The position numbers and the translations under genes are program-made. From Paraspadella gotoi (lineage: Eukaryota; Animalia; Chaetognatha), in NCBI GenBank assembly GCA_051294375.1, contig JBJCIZ010001260.1, positions 1 through 10,756 on the forward strand: a DNA stretch of 10,756 bases. The letters are read 5' to 3'. Positions 1-9,052 of this stretch are shown one piece after another. The stretch's first letter is position 1; each line of letters begins with the position of its first letter. The notes under the pieces are model-generated. The model was not told where the DNA came from. It saw nothing but the letters and a program-made list of their open reading frames with translations, and did no database searches.

Positions 1-44
1 AAAGAGAAGAGAATGGCCTCAGTGCCGATATTTTTCTTAGCGGC

Positions 45-104
45 GCCTCCGCCTCCGCCGCCGCTCCCGCCGCCTCCCCCTTTTCTTCCCCATCCCCATT
101 CCCC
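45..104. repeat. Imperfect (CCG/CCT)n low-complexity tract followed by four C-runs (G-quadruplex motif on minus strand)
   Basis: gcctccgcctccgccgccgctcccgccgcctccccc, then C-runs at 76-80, 88-91, 94-97 and 101-104. Reads poly-Pro on + (ATG at 13, TAA at 127) or poly-Gly on -. Confidence 0.75.
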
Positions 105-328
105 TCTCTCAAGCTTCACCCCTCTGTAAACACTCTTCTTTCAACCGCCGCACGTTTCTGAAGTCTGGAGGTATTTCCTTAGAGTATAGAACAAAACGGA
201 TGGAGAGAGAGAGAAGAAAAAAAAGCGATGCGAGGAGAAAGGCAGAAGAAAGAGAGAGAGAAAAAAAGTGAAGGAAATGCTCTTTGAAAGTTGTTTATAA
301 TTGAAGTTTGAATCATCCTATAGCATTA

Positions 329-707
329 GTGTTCAAAATTAATGGAAATACAACGAACCGACGAGTCTTCGAGAAGGACAGGAAAGAATATCTGACGTCT
401 TTTCTTGGACGCGAGTGACGCCAACGACGCGGTGAAGCCACCGTCGAGCGTAATGCGATCTGGGCGCAGAGGGGGCTCTGTCTCAAGCGACGACTCCGTC
501 TCTAATCCTCATTTATCTTCGTGGTCGTTTGCGGTCGCTGTCGAGACTGTAGGATTGAGGAAAGGCTCCGATTCTCGAAGGATGTCAAGAGGCGGAAGAG
601 CAGATTCTCGAGAATGTTTGAGCGACTTTCGGGGAAATAGCGAAACCCGTTGGGGCAATTTGTGGCAAGCGTGTTGTCACTGTATTAAAGGATGCAAATT
701 AATCTAA
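329..707. other. GC/CpG-rich block with coding-like frames, strand unresolved (possible exon or gene relic)
   Basis: About 50% GC between AT-rich flanks. The + ORF 405-707 (100 aa, TTG start) overlaps a - frame 676-329 of 116 codons with one internal TGA at 509-511 (..RESALPPLDILRESEPFLNPTVSTATANDHEDK*GLETESSLETEPPLRPDRITLDGG..). No family recognised. Confidence 0.25.
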
Positions 708-792
708 TATAACTTCAATAAAATAAATTATAATAAAACTATATTATTGTTACTTAAGCTTAACACCTATTTTAGAATCTCTTATATTGTAG

Positions 793-894
793 GTTTTGGG
801 CCGGACATATCCTGCAATTCCGATGCCCATTTCACCATTTCAACCGGCAAAATCTTCGCTGACTCGAGCTGAATGGGCTCGCTATTTTGCGTGA
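793..894 (+). CDS. Candidate 3'-terminal coding exon, VLGRTYPAIPMPISPFQPAKSSLTRAEWARYFA*
   Basis: AT-rich intron-like stretch ending ctcttatattgtag (AG at 791-792), 33 sense codons, TGA at 892-894, AATAAA at 907-912. A competing minus-strand reading also exists and no upstream donor could be linked. Confidence 0.3.
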   Translation, partial: VLGRTYPAIPMPISPFQPAKSSLTRAEWARYFA

Positions 895-1463
895 TGCGTT
901 TCTATAAATAAATACTAAATGTTTTTATGATGCTTTTCCGTGATGCCAATTGCTGGTTGTCGTGTTACGTCTACGTCCCGTCATTCCGAAAAATAACGGT
1001 TTCATGTCATTGTCAGGGAGGTTTTAGTCCTAACTGATAGATTTAGCCTTTATTTTTTGCAAAAAGCGGATCCCATTAACAATAGATTCAAGATTAAAGT
1101 CTATTTAGTTATTGGTATTGATAGGGATTAGGTTAGGCGCTTTTTCGCAAATAGTCGCCCGATATCTTTATTCCAGATTTCGAATAAATTGGAAGACTCT
1201 TATATTTCTTCCTCTGTAAAAAATGAAAATTTTTTTTCCAATATAAATGGGTTGCTGATAAGTAAATACGTAATTTCCTTTTGTGCAGCATCGCTTCCTT
1301 TTAAGACGATCGTTTCTTTCCCCAACGGGACCTTCTCTCTCTCTCTATTGCCTGCCCGGGCCATCAGCGTCTCCGGCTCGCTATGGCAACGCGGTAGAGC
1401 GAGTTAAGAGGTGAAGCAGAAGGAGGGAGAATTTTAGAGGTAACTAGGAAAACAGAGTGACAC

Positions 1464-1607
<144 letters not shown>

Positions 1608-1801
1608 CTCCACTTTTCATGATTCCGAGAAAACTAGTGTCTCTTATAAAACGGTGGAAAACGAAGTCGATAAAAAAGTTATATCAAAACAAAATAAAGA
1701 CAATTTCTTTTTTCAAAATAAAAATTCTGGTGAACGATGGACGGAATTTGGAAACCAAAGGTCATCCAGATTCTTTCTTTGGTACGAAATGAACGAAAAT
1801 T

Positions 1802-1815
1802 GAGAGAAAGAGAGA

Positions 1816-1865
<50 letters not shown>

Positions 1866-1883
1866 AGAGAAGAGAGAGAGAGA
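1802..1883. repeat. (GA)n microsatellite, ~80 bp, interrupted
   Basis: Directly visible dinucleotide run. Confidence 0.97.
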
Positions 1884-2089
1884 AGATAGCGCATTCAGCA
1901 GCAAAGGATTGCGATAAAAACAAAACAAAAAAAATACAAAAAAAACGAGAGAAAACAACTCAAGCTAATTTTTTTTTTTTGCTTAGTTAGAAAATAAAAA
2001 AGAACAATCGGAAAAAAACCCAAGAGCAAAAAAGGCTGTTGGTTCCCTACTGGACGTTTTTTTCGCTTTCTTTCTTTCCTTTCTCTTCT

Positions 2090-2425
2090 CGGTTTTTGGG
2101 CGTGCTGGCCTGGTCGCCGTCAGTCGTCGTCTCCCTTCGTCCCTTAATCGTCGTCGTTGTAACCTCTGGTGTGTATGAAGGCCTACCGGACGCAATCGGC
2201 GGCGACGCTCGGTCTTTCCTCGTTTGAGCATGCTCAATCCATCGAACCGAGAAAATACTCGACTCTATTTCCTCGCGACGTCATCGGGTGAGAGGCTTTT
2301 CTTTCTCTCGGCTGCGCTCTTTTTACGATGGCCCGCTGACGCCGCGCCAAACCGCTGCGGAGTCCGGCGGCCGTGCCTGCGCGGCGGAGGCGGCGTCCCT
2401 TTCATAAGAATCCCAGATAAGTCCG
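2090..2425 (-). other. CpG-rich island with disordered-protein-like minus-strand frames (possible exon or regulatory island)
   Basis: High GC and CpG. Minus frames read GTPPPPRRHGRRTPQRFGAASAGHRKKSAAERKKSLSPDDVARK*(TAG 2265-2267)SRVFSRFDG and, shifted, RKDRASPPIASGRPSYTPEVTTTTIKGRRETTTDGDQASTPKNREEK. A minus-strand CAG|GTATGC donor-like site lies at ~2552-2560, but no consistent splice model could be built. Confidence 0.25.
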
Positions 2426-2639
2426 ATGAAAAGAGGAACGGAGAGAAGGAGAAAATCGGGAAGACAGAGTAAAAAAGATAGAGTGAGAGAAAAATATGAA
2501 AAGAGTAGTACAAAAACCGAATTGATCGGAAAGCGGTAGTAAAAATTGAAAGCATACCTGAGATTTTGATTCAACCCATTCCCTCGATAAAGCTTATGGG
2601 CGGAGAGACTTTTCAAAGGAATTCAAAAACCTCTTGCTG

Positions 2640-2669
2640 TCGTCGATCGTCGTCGTCGTCGTCGTCGTC
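2640..2669. repeat. (TCG)n trinucleotide microsatellite
   Basis: tcgtcgatcgtcgtcgtcgtcgtcgtcgtc. Confidence 0.9.
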
Positions 2670-2989
2670 CGTCGGCCTCTGATTTTCCCGCATCCGAGTT
2701 TCACGAAAAAAAAAAAACAACTATTTTTTTTTTCAAAAAAAAAGTTATCACGTTTTTGTAATTTCTTCCTTTCTTCTTTTCGTTACGGAAAGAAACCTTT
2801 TAAAATTAATGGGAAGTAGAGTGAATGGAAAATGAGCCACGATATGATTGAGAAAGAGCAAAGAGATTAGTGGAACCAATAATTTGAGACGATGGTTGAA
2901 CGTAAAAGAAAAGGAAACACCTTTACGCTAATTAATCTATTTATAACTCTTGCAGTTAACTGCGATGAAAAAAGTAAATCATGCAAGTC

Positions 2990-3240
2990 AACCTGAAAAT
3001 AATAATGTAATGATAATAATAAATAGTAAAATAATAAAGTAAATCATTTAAATGACAGACTCTGAAAATAATTCGGAAAGGAAATAAAAATAAAAATTTA
3101 AAAAATAAATCATTAAGAAAGGACTTTTGACATAGATAATCAGAGAAGAAAAAGACTTTCATATTAGAAAATATTGAAAGAAGTTCCACATTAAAAATTT
3201 CACAAATTAGAAAATAGAGAAGTTAAAGACTTTCACACAC
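2990..3240. repeat. Very AT-rich low-complexity tract with (AAT)n and short degenerate repeats
   Basis: aataatgtaatgataataataaatagtaaaataataaag; aagactttca and attagaaaata each occur twice within about 3150-3235. Confidence 0.6.
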
Positions 3241-3804
3241 TTGTGAATGACAAGAGTTTTTCACGTATAAATCGAAGGAAAATTTGGAAGTCGACGTGAC
3301 AGTATTTGGAATTTGGAAAGAAGAGAAATTAACAGAGTTCGTAGAAGAAAAAGAATCCAATTCACTACTGCCCTCAGTTCTTAATCCGAATCCCCATTTA
3401 TTGGCAAAAAACGATGGGCGCCGACAACAACAACGACAACAACAATCCGAGGATGAATTTATAAAACTTTTCTGCGAAACTCGTTTCCTGTTTTATTTTC
3501 TGCTTCGACTGTCGATAAAACCTGTAGAAAAAATGAATTCGAATTTCGCGCGTCGATCAGCGCCATCTTAGCGACGAATCGGCGTCATCTTCGCTATCAA
3601 ATTGCCCCTATCGTTACGATTTGTGGCGCGACGCTGTCATGAGCGCTAAGACGTTGTGACGCAAGCAGACTGCGGTTCTATTTCACAGTCCCAGATCAAA
3701 TGATCAAAGAGCGGATCAGGTTCCCAACGTCCGTAGTAACATGTCTGTTTTTGAACTCACCTTTTTACAAGGAGTACTACTTGCTTGCCTATCTATCTAT
3801 CTTT

Positions 3805-3806
<2 letters not shown>

Positions 3807-3845
<39 letters not shown>
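3807..3845. repeat. (TC)n microsatellite preceded by (TATC)3
   Basis: Directly visible. Confidence 0.97.
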
Positions 3846-3848
<3 letters not shown>

Positions 3849-3989
3849 GTCTCCTTGTCTCTCGATTTTCTCTCGAATTCACTCTCCGCTTTCCCCTCCG
3901 TTTGGTCTTCAAGTCTTTCGACCAACGCAAGTTCTCCTTTTTCCGTCGTTTTTCTGTTTCATGATGATGTGAAGATACAAATGGGGCCT

Positions 3990-4295
3990 GAAGTAAGAAA
4001 AGAAAGAAAAAGAGATCTGGGACAGAGAAAAGAAGAAAGAAATGAGAACAAGTGATTAAAAAGGAAGAAGACTTGCTAAAAAGAAAGGGGAAGGTAAGAG
4101 CTAAAAGATAAAGAAGGAATAGACAAAGGATATAGAAGTAAGATAGGGACGCGACATGGGACAAAAAGGTAGAAAAGAAGATAGAAAAGGCAAAGAAGAA
4201 AGGAAGTGATTAAGAAGGAAAAAGGCAGAATCTTATGCGAACGATATGATAAGAGGAAGGGAGACGAAGCGATTGCCGAAGCGGAAAAAAGAAAG
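3990..4295. repeat. Purine-rich (A/G) low-complexity tract
   Basis: Dominated by aag/aaag/gaa words with no fixed period. Confidence 0.7.
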
Positions 4296-4520
4296 GCGAC
4301 TTGAGACTAAAGCCAAAGACCAGTGAGCAGCTAAAAACTTGGCACAAACGCTGTGACAAAGTTGTCAGAGCAACAAAGTCTGGCGTTTCAAACGAAAAGT
4401 TTTCTGTATCACCAAAAAAAAAAAAAAATTGTGCAAAAGTCAATGAATTTGGTCAAGTCCACGGCAAGCTGTTTGTTCTCCGTTCAGAATCGGGTTGTCA
4501 AAACAAGGGACATTCCGATT

Positions 4521-4577
4521 GTCGTCGTCATCGTCGTCTTCTCCCGCCCGTCGTCGTCATCGTCGTCAATCGTCGTC
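4521..4577. repeat. Imperfect (GTC)n trinucleotide tract
   Basis: gtcgtcgtcatcgtcgtc occurs twice (4521 and 4550). Confidence 0.85.
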
Positions 4578-4813
4578 CGCTGACCAATTCTTCTCCAGCT
4601 CAGGATTTTCCACAGTCAACGCTTATTTTCTTTATCGGAAAAGTTCCAACCTGAGCGGACGTACGAAATTCCCTTCTGGCACCGAAAAAGTTTTTTTTTT
4701 TTGAAATTGAAGAAGATAAAAAAGCGAGACCAAAAAAGTTAGGAATAATTTTCGAAGGATTAGTGGATTTATTTAGTAAAGTCTTTGTTAACAAAATAAA
4801 ACGGGGCGACCTT

Positions 4814-4910
4814 TCTCTCTCTCTCTCTCTCTCATCTCATCTCTTCTCTCTCTCTCTCTCGTCTCTCTCTCTCTCTCTCTCTCTCTCCTCATCTCTATCT
4901 CTCTCTCTCT
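4814..4910. repeat. (TC)n microsatellite, ~97 bp, interrupted
   Basis: Directly visible; followed by a T-run to 4918. Confidence 0.97.
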
Positions 4911-4961
4911 TTTTTTTTGAACTGATTCAAACTATGTAATGATCGGCTGATGAAGGCTTGA

Positions 4962-5261
4962 GTATTATTTTGTAATGTCAGTTTTCATTTTTGTTACAAA
5001 TACTGGTTTGTACAAAAACTTACAACATCTGCAATATTAATCAAACAAGGGATACCTGGGCACGACCATTTTAAAACTCAATTTAACAAACTAGTAAACA
5101 ATTTTTTTAAAGGTTTTTGGAGGACCTTATTTGGTAAATCTTCACAGGTGAAGATTGTGTTTGGTTTTGTCTTCATCAAGGCGCATTTTGTGTTTACGGC
5201 AGAACCCGCCATTAACTGGTCATCAAAAATAAATTTAAGGATGTTTTTACAATATCTTTAA
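4962..5261 (+). other. 99-codon stop-free frame with no early start codon in a CpG-poor block (possible exon or foreign-element fragment)
   Basis: Lies between TGA 4959-4961 and TAA 5259-5261: VLFCNVSFHFCYKYWFVQKLTTSAILIKQGIPGHDHFKTQFNKLVNNFFKGFWRTLFGKSSQVKIVFGFVFIKAHFVFTAEPAINWSSKINLRMFLQYL. Absent from the ORF track. One minus frame is also largely open, so strand is uncertain. Confidence 0.3.
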
Positions 5262-5346
5262 TACGTTTTCACTCCATTAGTTTAAAAAAGGTCGTAGTAC
5301 GGACAGAAAAACAGAAAGTGCTGGAAAAAAAAGAGAGGGGGAGGTT

Positions 5347-5349
<3 letters not shown>

Positions 5350-5410
<61 letters not shown>

Positions 5411-5446
5411 GGAGAGAGAGAGAGAGAAGAGAGAAAAGAGAGAGAG
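5350..5446. repeat. (GA)n microsatellite, ~97 bp
   Basis: Directly visible. Confidence 0.97.
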
Positions 5447-5724
5447 TCTTCCGGAATAAGTAGGGCGTAGAGACCTCCGACAAGATGAAAACCTAGTAAC
5501 TTTCTAGAATCGATGGAAACGAGCGGATGATGAGAGAATGAGAGAGAGATTAGGAGAGAGAGAGAGGTGAAAAAATTTTTTTATTAAAGTAAAAATGTTA
5601 ACCATGAATCTATTTAAAAAAAAGTGAAACGTGAATCGTCAGGCTTGACTTTGCAATATTCGGGTCACAATGGGGAAGACACTAAAATGTGAAACACATT
5701 ACGTGATGAACTCGAATAACCGAC

Positions 5725-5880
5725 CGAGAGAGGAGGGGAGAAGTGGGAAGGGAGGAAGGGAGAGAAGAGAGAGAGAGAGAGAGAGAAAGAGAGAGGCATA
5801 GCAGAGCGAGAGACGAGAAGATGAGAGAGTAGATGAAGGAGATGCGACGAGAAGACAGGATGGAGAAGAAGAGGAGAGAC
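5725..5880. repeat. Purine-rich tract with (GA)n core at ~5760-5795
   Basis: Directly visible; a smaller GA tract lies at 5540-5566. Confidence 0.85.
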
Positions 5881-6439
5881 ATCATGTCGATTTCGAATTG
5901 ATAGACGGTTTGGTTAAGCCTTTTTGTTTTTTTCTCGCTCGAAGAGGGATTGTTGGGAATGCGAGATCATGAATTCCTCTCGGTTTTTTGTTGCGGATAC
6001 GAAAACAAAAGAAAAAACGAAAGAAACTAAGAAAAACAAGACATAGACTGAAGCGAGAAAAAACGGAGGACCAAAGAGGCGGAGAGATAGAGAGAGGGAG
6101 CAACATAAGTGAGGTGAGGGAGCCGAGGGAAGGAAAAGGTAAAAGTTTGAAGGGAGGCACGCAGCTGCAACAAGATCCGCGGGCGTCGGAAATAAACAAT
6201 CGTTACGTGGACCGAATCTCTTTTTATGGGCGTACACATTGAGAAGGGAGAAAGTAGAAAGGGAACTAGAAAATCTGGCGGATGAACAAATGAAATAATG
6301 CATACATTTTTATAGAAACATTAATACATAGTATCATCAGCGGCCTTAGGTTGCTGAACATACTGAAAGGAGGGACATTGTAAGTTTTGTAACTAATAGA
6401 ATCAAGTCTGCGCGACTCGGGGCTAATTACCGTTCAGAA

Positions 6440-6501
<62 letters not shown>

Positions 6502-6507
6502 AGAGAG

Positions 6508-6540
<33 letters not shown>

Positions 6541-6568
6541 GAGAGAGAGAGAGAGAAGAGAGAAAGAG

Positions 6569-6617
<49 letters not shown>

Positions 6618-6627
6618 AGAAGAGAGA
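6440..6627. repeat. (GA)n microsatellite, ~190 bp, interrupted
   Basis: Directly visible; longest in the window. Confidence 0.97.
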
Positions 6628-6877
6628 AATGTATCAGGAATGAATAAATCTGAATAGGATCAGTGAATGCGAACTCTCTTCGTTTCTTAACGAAATAACA
6701 AAGAGATTTGGTATTCGGGAATTACCAATTCGTAAAAAGTGAATCCACGAAAACAAGAATTCCTTTGTTCTTGTTTTAAGTCAATTTTACAAATATTTTT
6801 TGAAAAATTGTAATCTAGTTTTACGAGGGCTTTGAACCATGGTTCCATTATCATTGTAATACTAGTAGAGTTAAAAA

Positions 6878-7146
6878 TCCGCGCACGTAATATTTTTTAG
6901 GAGCGCTCGACGCAAATCCGCGTCACCTGTTATCGATTCTTCGTTCGCGGCGCCGCAAGTTGGCGCCACAGTTGGCGCGGTAGAATTTTTCGCCGCTTGA
7001 AGGTTCGTGAAAGGCGTTTTTTCGCGGACGACGCAGTGGGTAAGAAGTCTCGCGGTTTTGGGGTTTGAAAAACAAAACGAGTTGGTACGTTTTGTGTTGC
7101 CATCGCGGAAACATGTGGTAAGGAAACGAAAAATATTACCCGGGGG
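6878..7146. promoter_or_regulatory. CpG island-like block with clustered E2F-like words (candidate promoter; alternatively the 97-aa minus ORF 6871-7164)
   Basis: Dense CpG. ttggcgcc 6960-6967, ttggcgcg 6972-6979, tttcgcgg 7020-7027, cgcggaaa 7104-7111. Function is inference only. Confidence 0.25.
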
Positions 7147-7442
7147 AGAAATTGTCTTAGTCATACAGTAGGGCGGATCATATGCACATATAATTTTTCA
7201 AATATGTTGCCTGTCGGTGATTCCTTTACCTAATGTCGTTTAAATTTGATTTCACAATAATAAATTCCAAAAACAAATATTCAGGATCCACTGCAAGATT
7301 TTACAATTTTTTAAAAAGAATCTTCAATTGCGATTGTGATAGTGGAAATTGGTCCACGTGACCTCCAATTTTAGTTTTGGTTTTATTTTTACTTAATAAA
7401 AAGTTGTTTTCCTCGGTTAGCAAATATAAATTTTACGTATTC

Positions 7443-9003
7443 ATGAAATTGGTACAACCATATAAAAATTATCCATTCAATTTAATAAATAAGCTATCTT
7501 GCCCCTGACTTTGGACAGGCTTTGGTGGTTTAAGGCCTCCATCACTCTTACAAGATAATGACTATGCAGGTCCTGCAAGTTTTCCAATCAGACTCTTTCA
7601 CAGTCTGTTTATCACCTCCCAGAGTACCTGGCTTCCCTATCATGAAGTGGAAAATATTTCAAAAGAATGTTTCAATTGTAATGAAGACCACTCCCTAAAG
7701 TATTAGATCGGGGAATACTTATTGTACTCGCGCACTAGCATCAAAATACCAAGGAGCTGAATTTTTTATGAAATGGTACAACCATATAAAAATTATCCAT
7801 TCATATTAATAATAAGACTATCTTGCCCCTGACTTTGGAACAGGCTTTGTGTTTAAGGCCTCCATCACTCTTACAAGAATAATGAGCATAGCAGGTCCCC
7901 TGCCATAGTTTTCAATTAACAGACTCTTTCACCGAGTCCTCGTTTATTCACTCCCAGAGTACCTGGGCTTCTATAATGAAGTGGAAAATATTTCAAAAGA
8001 ATGTTTCAATTGTATGAAAAGACACCACTCCCTAAAGTATTAGATCGGGAATACTTATTGTACTGCCGCAACTACATCAAAATACCAAGGAGCTTGAATT
8101 TTATGAAATTGGTACAACCCAATAAAAATTATCCATTCATTTATAAATAAGCTATCTTGCCCCCTGACTTTGGACAGGCTTTGGTGGTTTAAAGGCCTCC
8201 TACTCTTACAGATAATGACATAGTCAGGCCTCCTGCAAGTTTTTTTCACAAAGACTCTTTCACAGTCGTCGTTTATTCACTCCCCAAGTAACCTGCTTCG
8301 TCCCTATCAAATGAAGTGGAAAATAATTTCAAAGAATGTTTCAATTGTATGAAAAGACCCACTCCCTAAAGTAATTAGATCGGGGAATACTTTATTGTAC
8401 TCCGCACGTAGCATCAAAATACTAAGGAGCTGAATTTTATGAAATTGTAACACCAAATTATAATTAATCCATTCATTTAATAAATAAGCTTATCTTGCCC
8501 CTGACGTTGCAGGCTTTGGTTGGTTTAAGGCCTCCATCATCTTACAAATAATGACATAGCAGGTCCCCCTGCAAGTTTTCAATCAAGACTCTTTCAACAG
8601 TCTCGTTATTGCACTTTCCCAGAGTTACTGGCTTTTTCCTTCTATGAAGTGGAAAATATTTCAAAGAATGTTTCAATTGTATGAAAAGACCACTCCCTAA
8701 AAGTATTAGATCGGGGAATACTTAATTGTACTCCGCACTAAGCATCAAAATACAAGAGCTGAATTTATGAAATTGGTACAACCAATATAAAAATTATCCA
8801 TTCATTTAATAAATAAGCATCTTTGCCCTGACTTTGGACAGGCCTTTGGGTGTTTAAGGCCTCATACACTCTTACAAGATAATGACATAAGCAGGTCCCT
8901 GCAAGTTTCAATCAAGAACTCTTTCCACAGCTCGTTATTCACCTCCCAGGTACCTGGCTTCCCTATCAATGAAGTGGAAAATATTTCAAAGAATATTTCA
9001 AAG
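7443..9003. repeat. Head-to-tail tandem array, ~4.7 copies of a ~324-325 bp consensus unit
   Basis: Unit starts (atgaaat(t)g..) at 7443, 7768, 8103, 8439 and 8767, giving spacings of 325, 335, 336 and 328. Shared anchors include atccattca, aaggcctc, gaagtggaaaata, gaatgtttcaattgta, ccactccctaaa and ttagatcggg. The fifth copy is truncated at ~8994. Confidence 0.98.
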
Positions 9004-9052
9004 AATTATAGATATTGTATATTATATTATATTATAGATTATAAGATTTATG
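9004..9052. repeat. (TA/ATT)-rich low-complexity tract abutting the array
   Basis: aattatagatattgtatattatattatattatagattataagatttat. Confidence 0.8.

Noticed and set aside
1128-1138. ttaggttaggc as a telomeric repeat or telomere-addition site
   Set aside because: Only two imperfect units.
2224-2237. 14-bp perfect palindrome ttgagcatgctcaa
   Set aside because: About one such palindrome is expected by chance in a window this long, and there is no supporting context.
6750-6866. 10-bp hairpin (6750-6777) and gaaccatggttc palindrome followed by CTAGT as a Helitron 3' end or terminator
   Set aside because: The stems are short or AT-rich, no matching 5' end or second copy is visible, and such hairpins are expected by chance.
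7443-7767. piggyBac-like (MDNFY, GTLGVNKR), Crypton-like (LGVNK) or GH28-like (CERVLIENL) words in the array peptide
   Set aside because: The matches are short and their spacing does not fit those families, so they are insufficient to name a product.
7443-9003. Array as CRISPR or tandem RNA gene cluster (5S, SL, snRNA, tRNA)
   Set aside because: The whole unit is repeated with no unique spacers and no cas genes. I saw no recognisable 5S, SL1, snRNA or tRNA sequence; an Infernal/Rfam scan would settle this.
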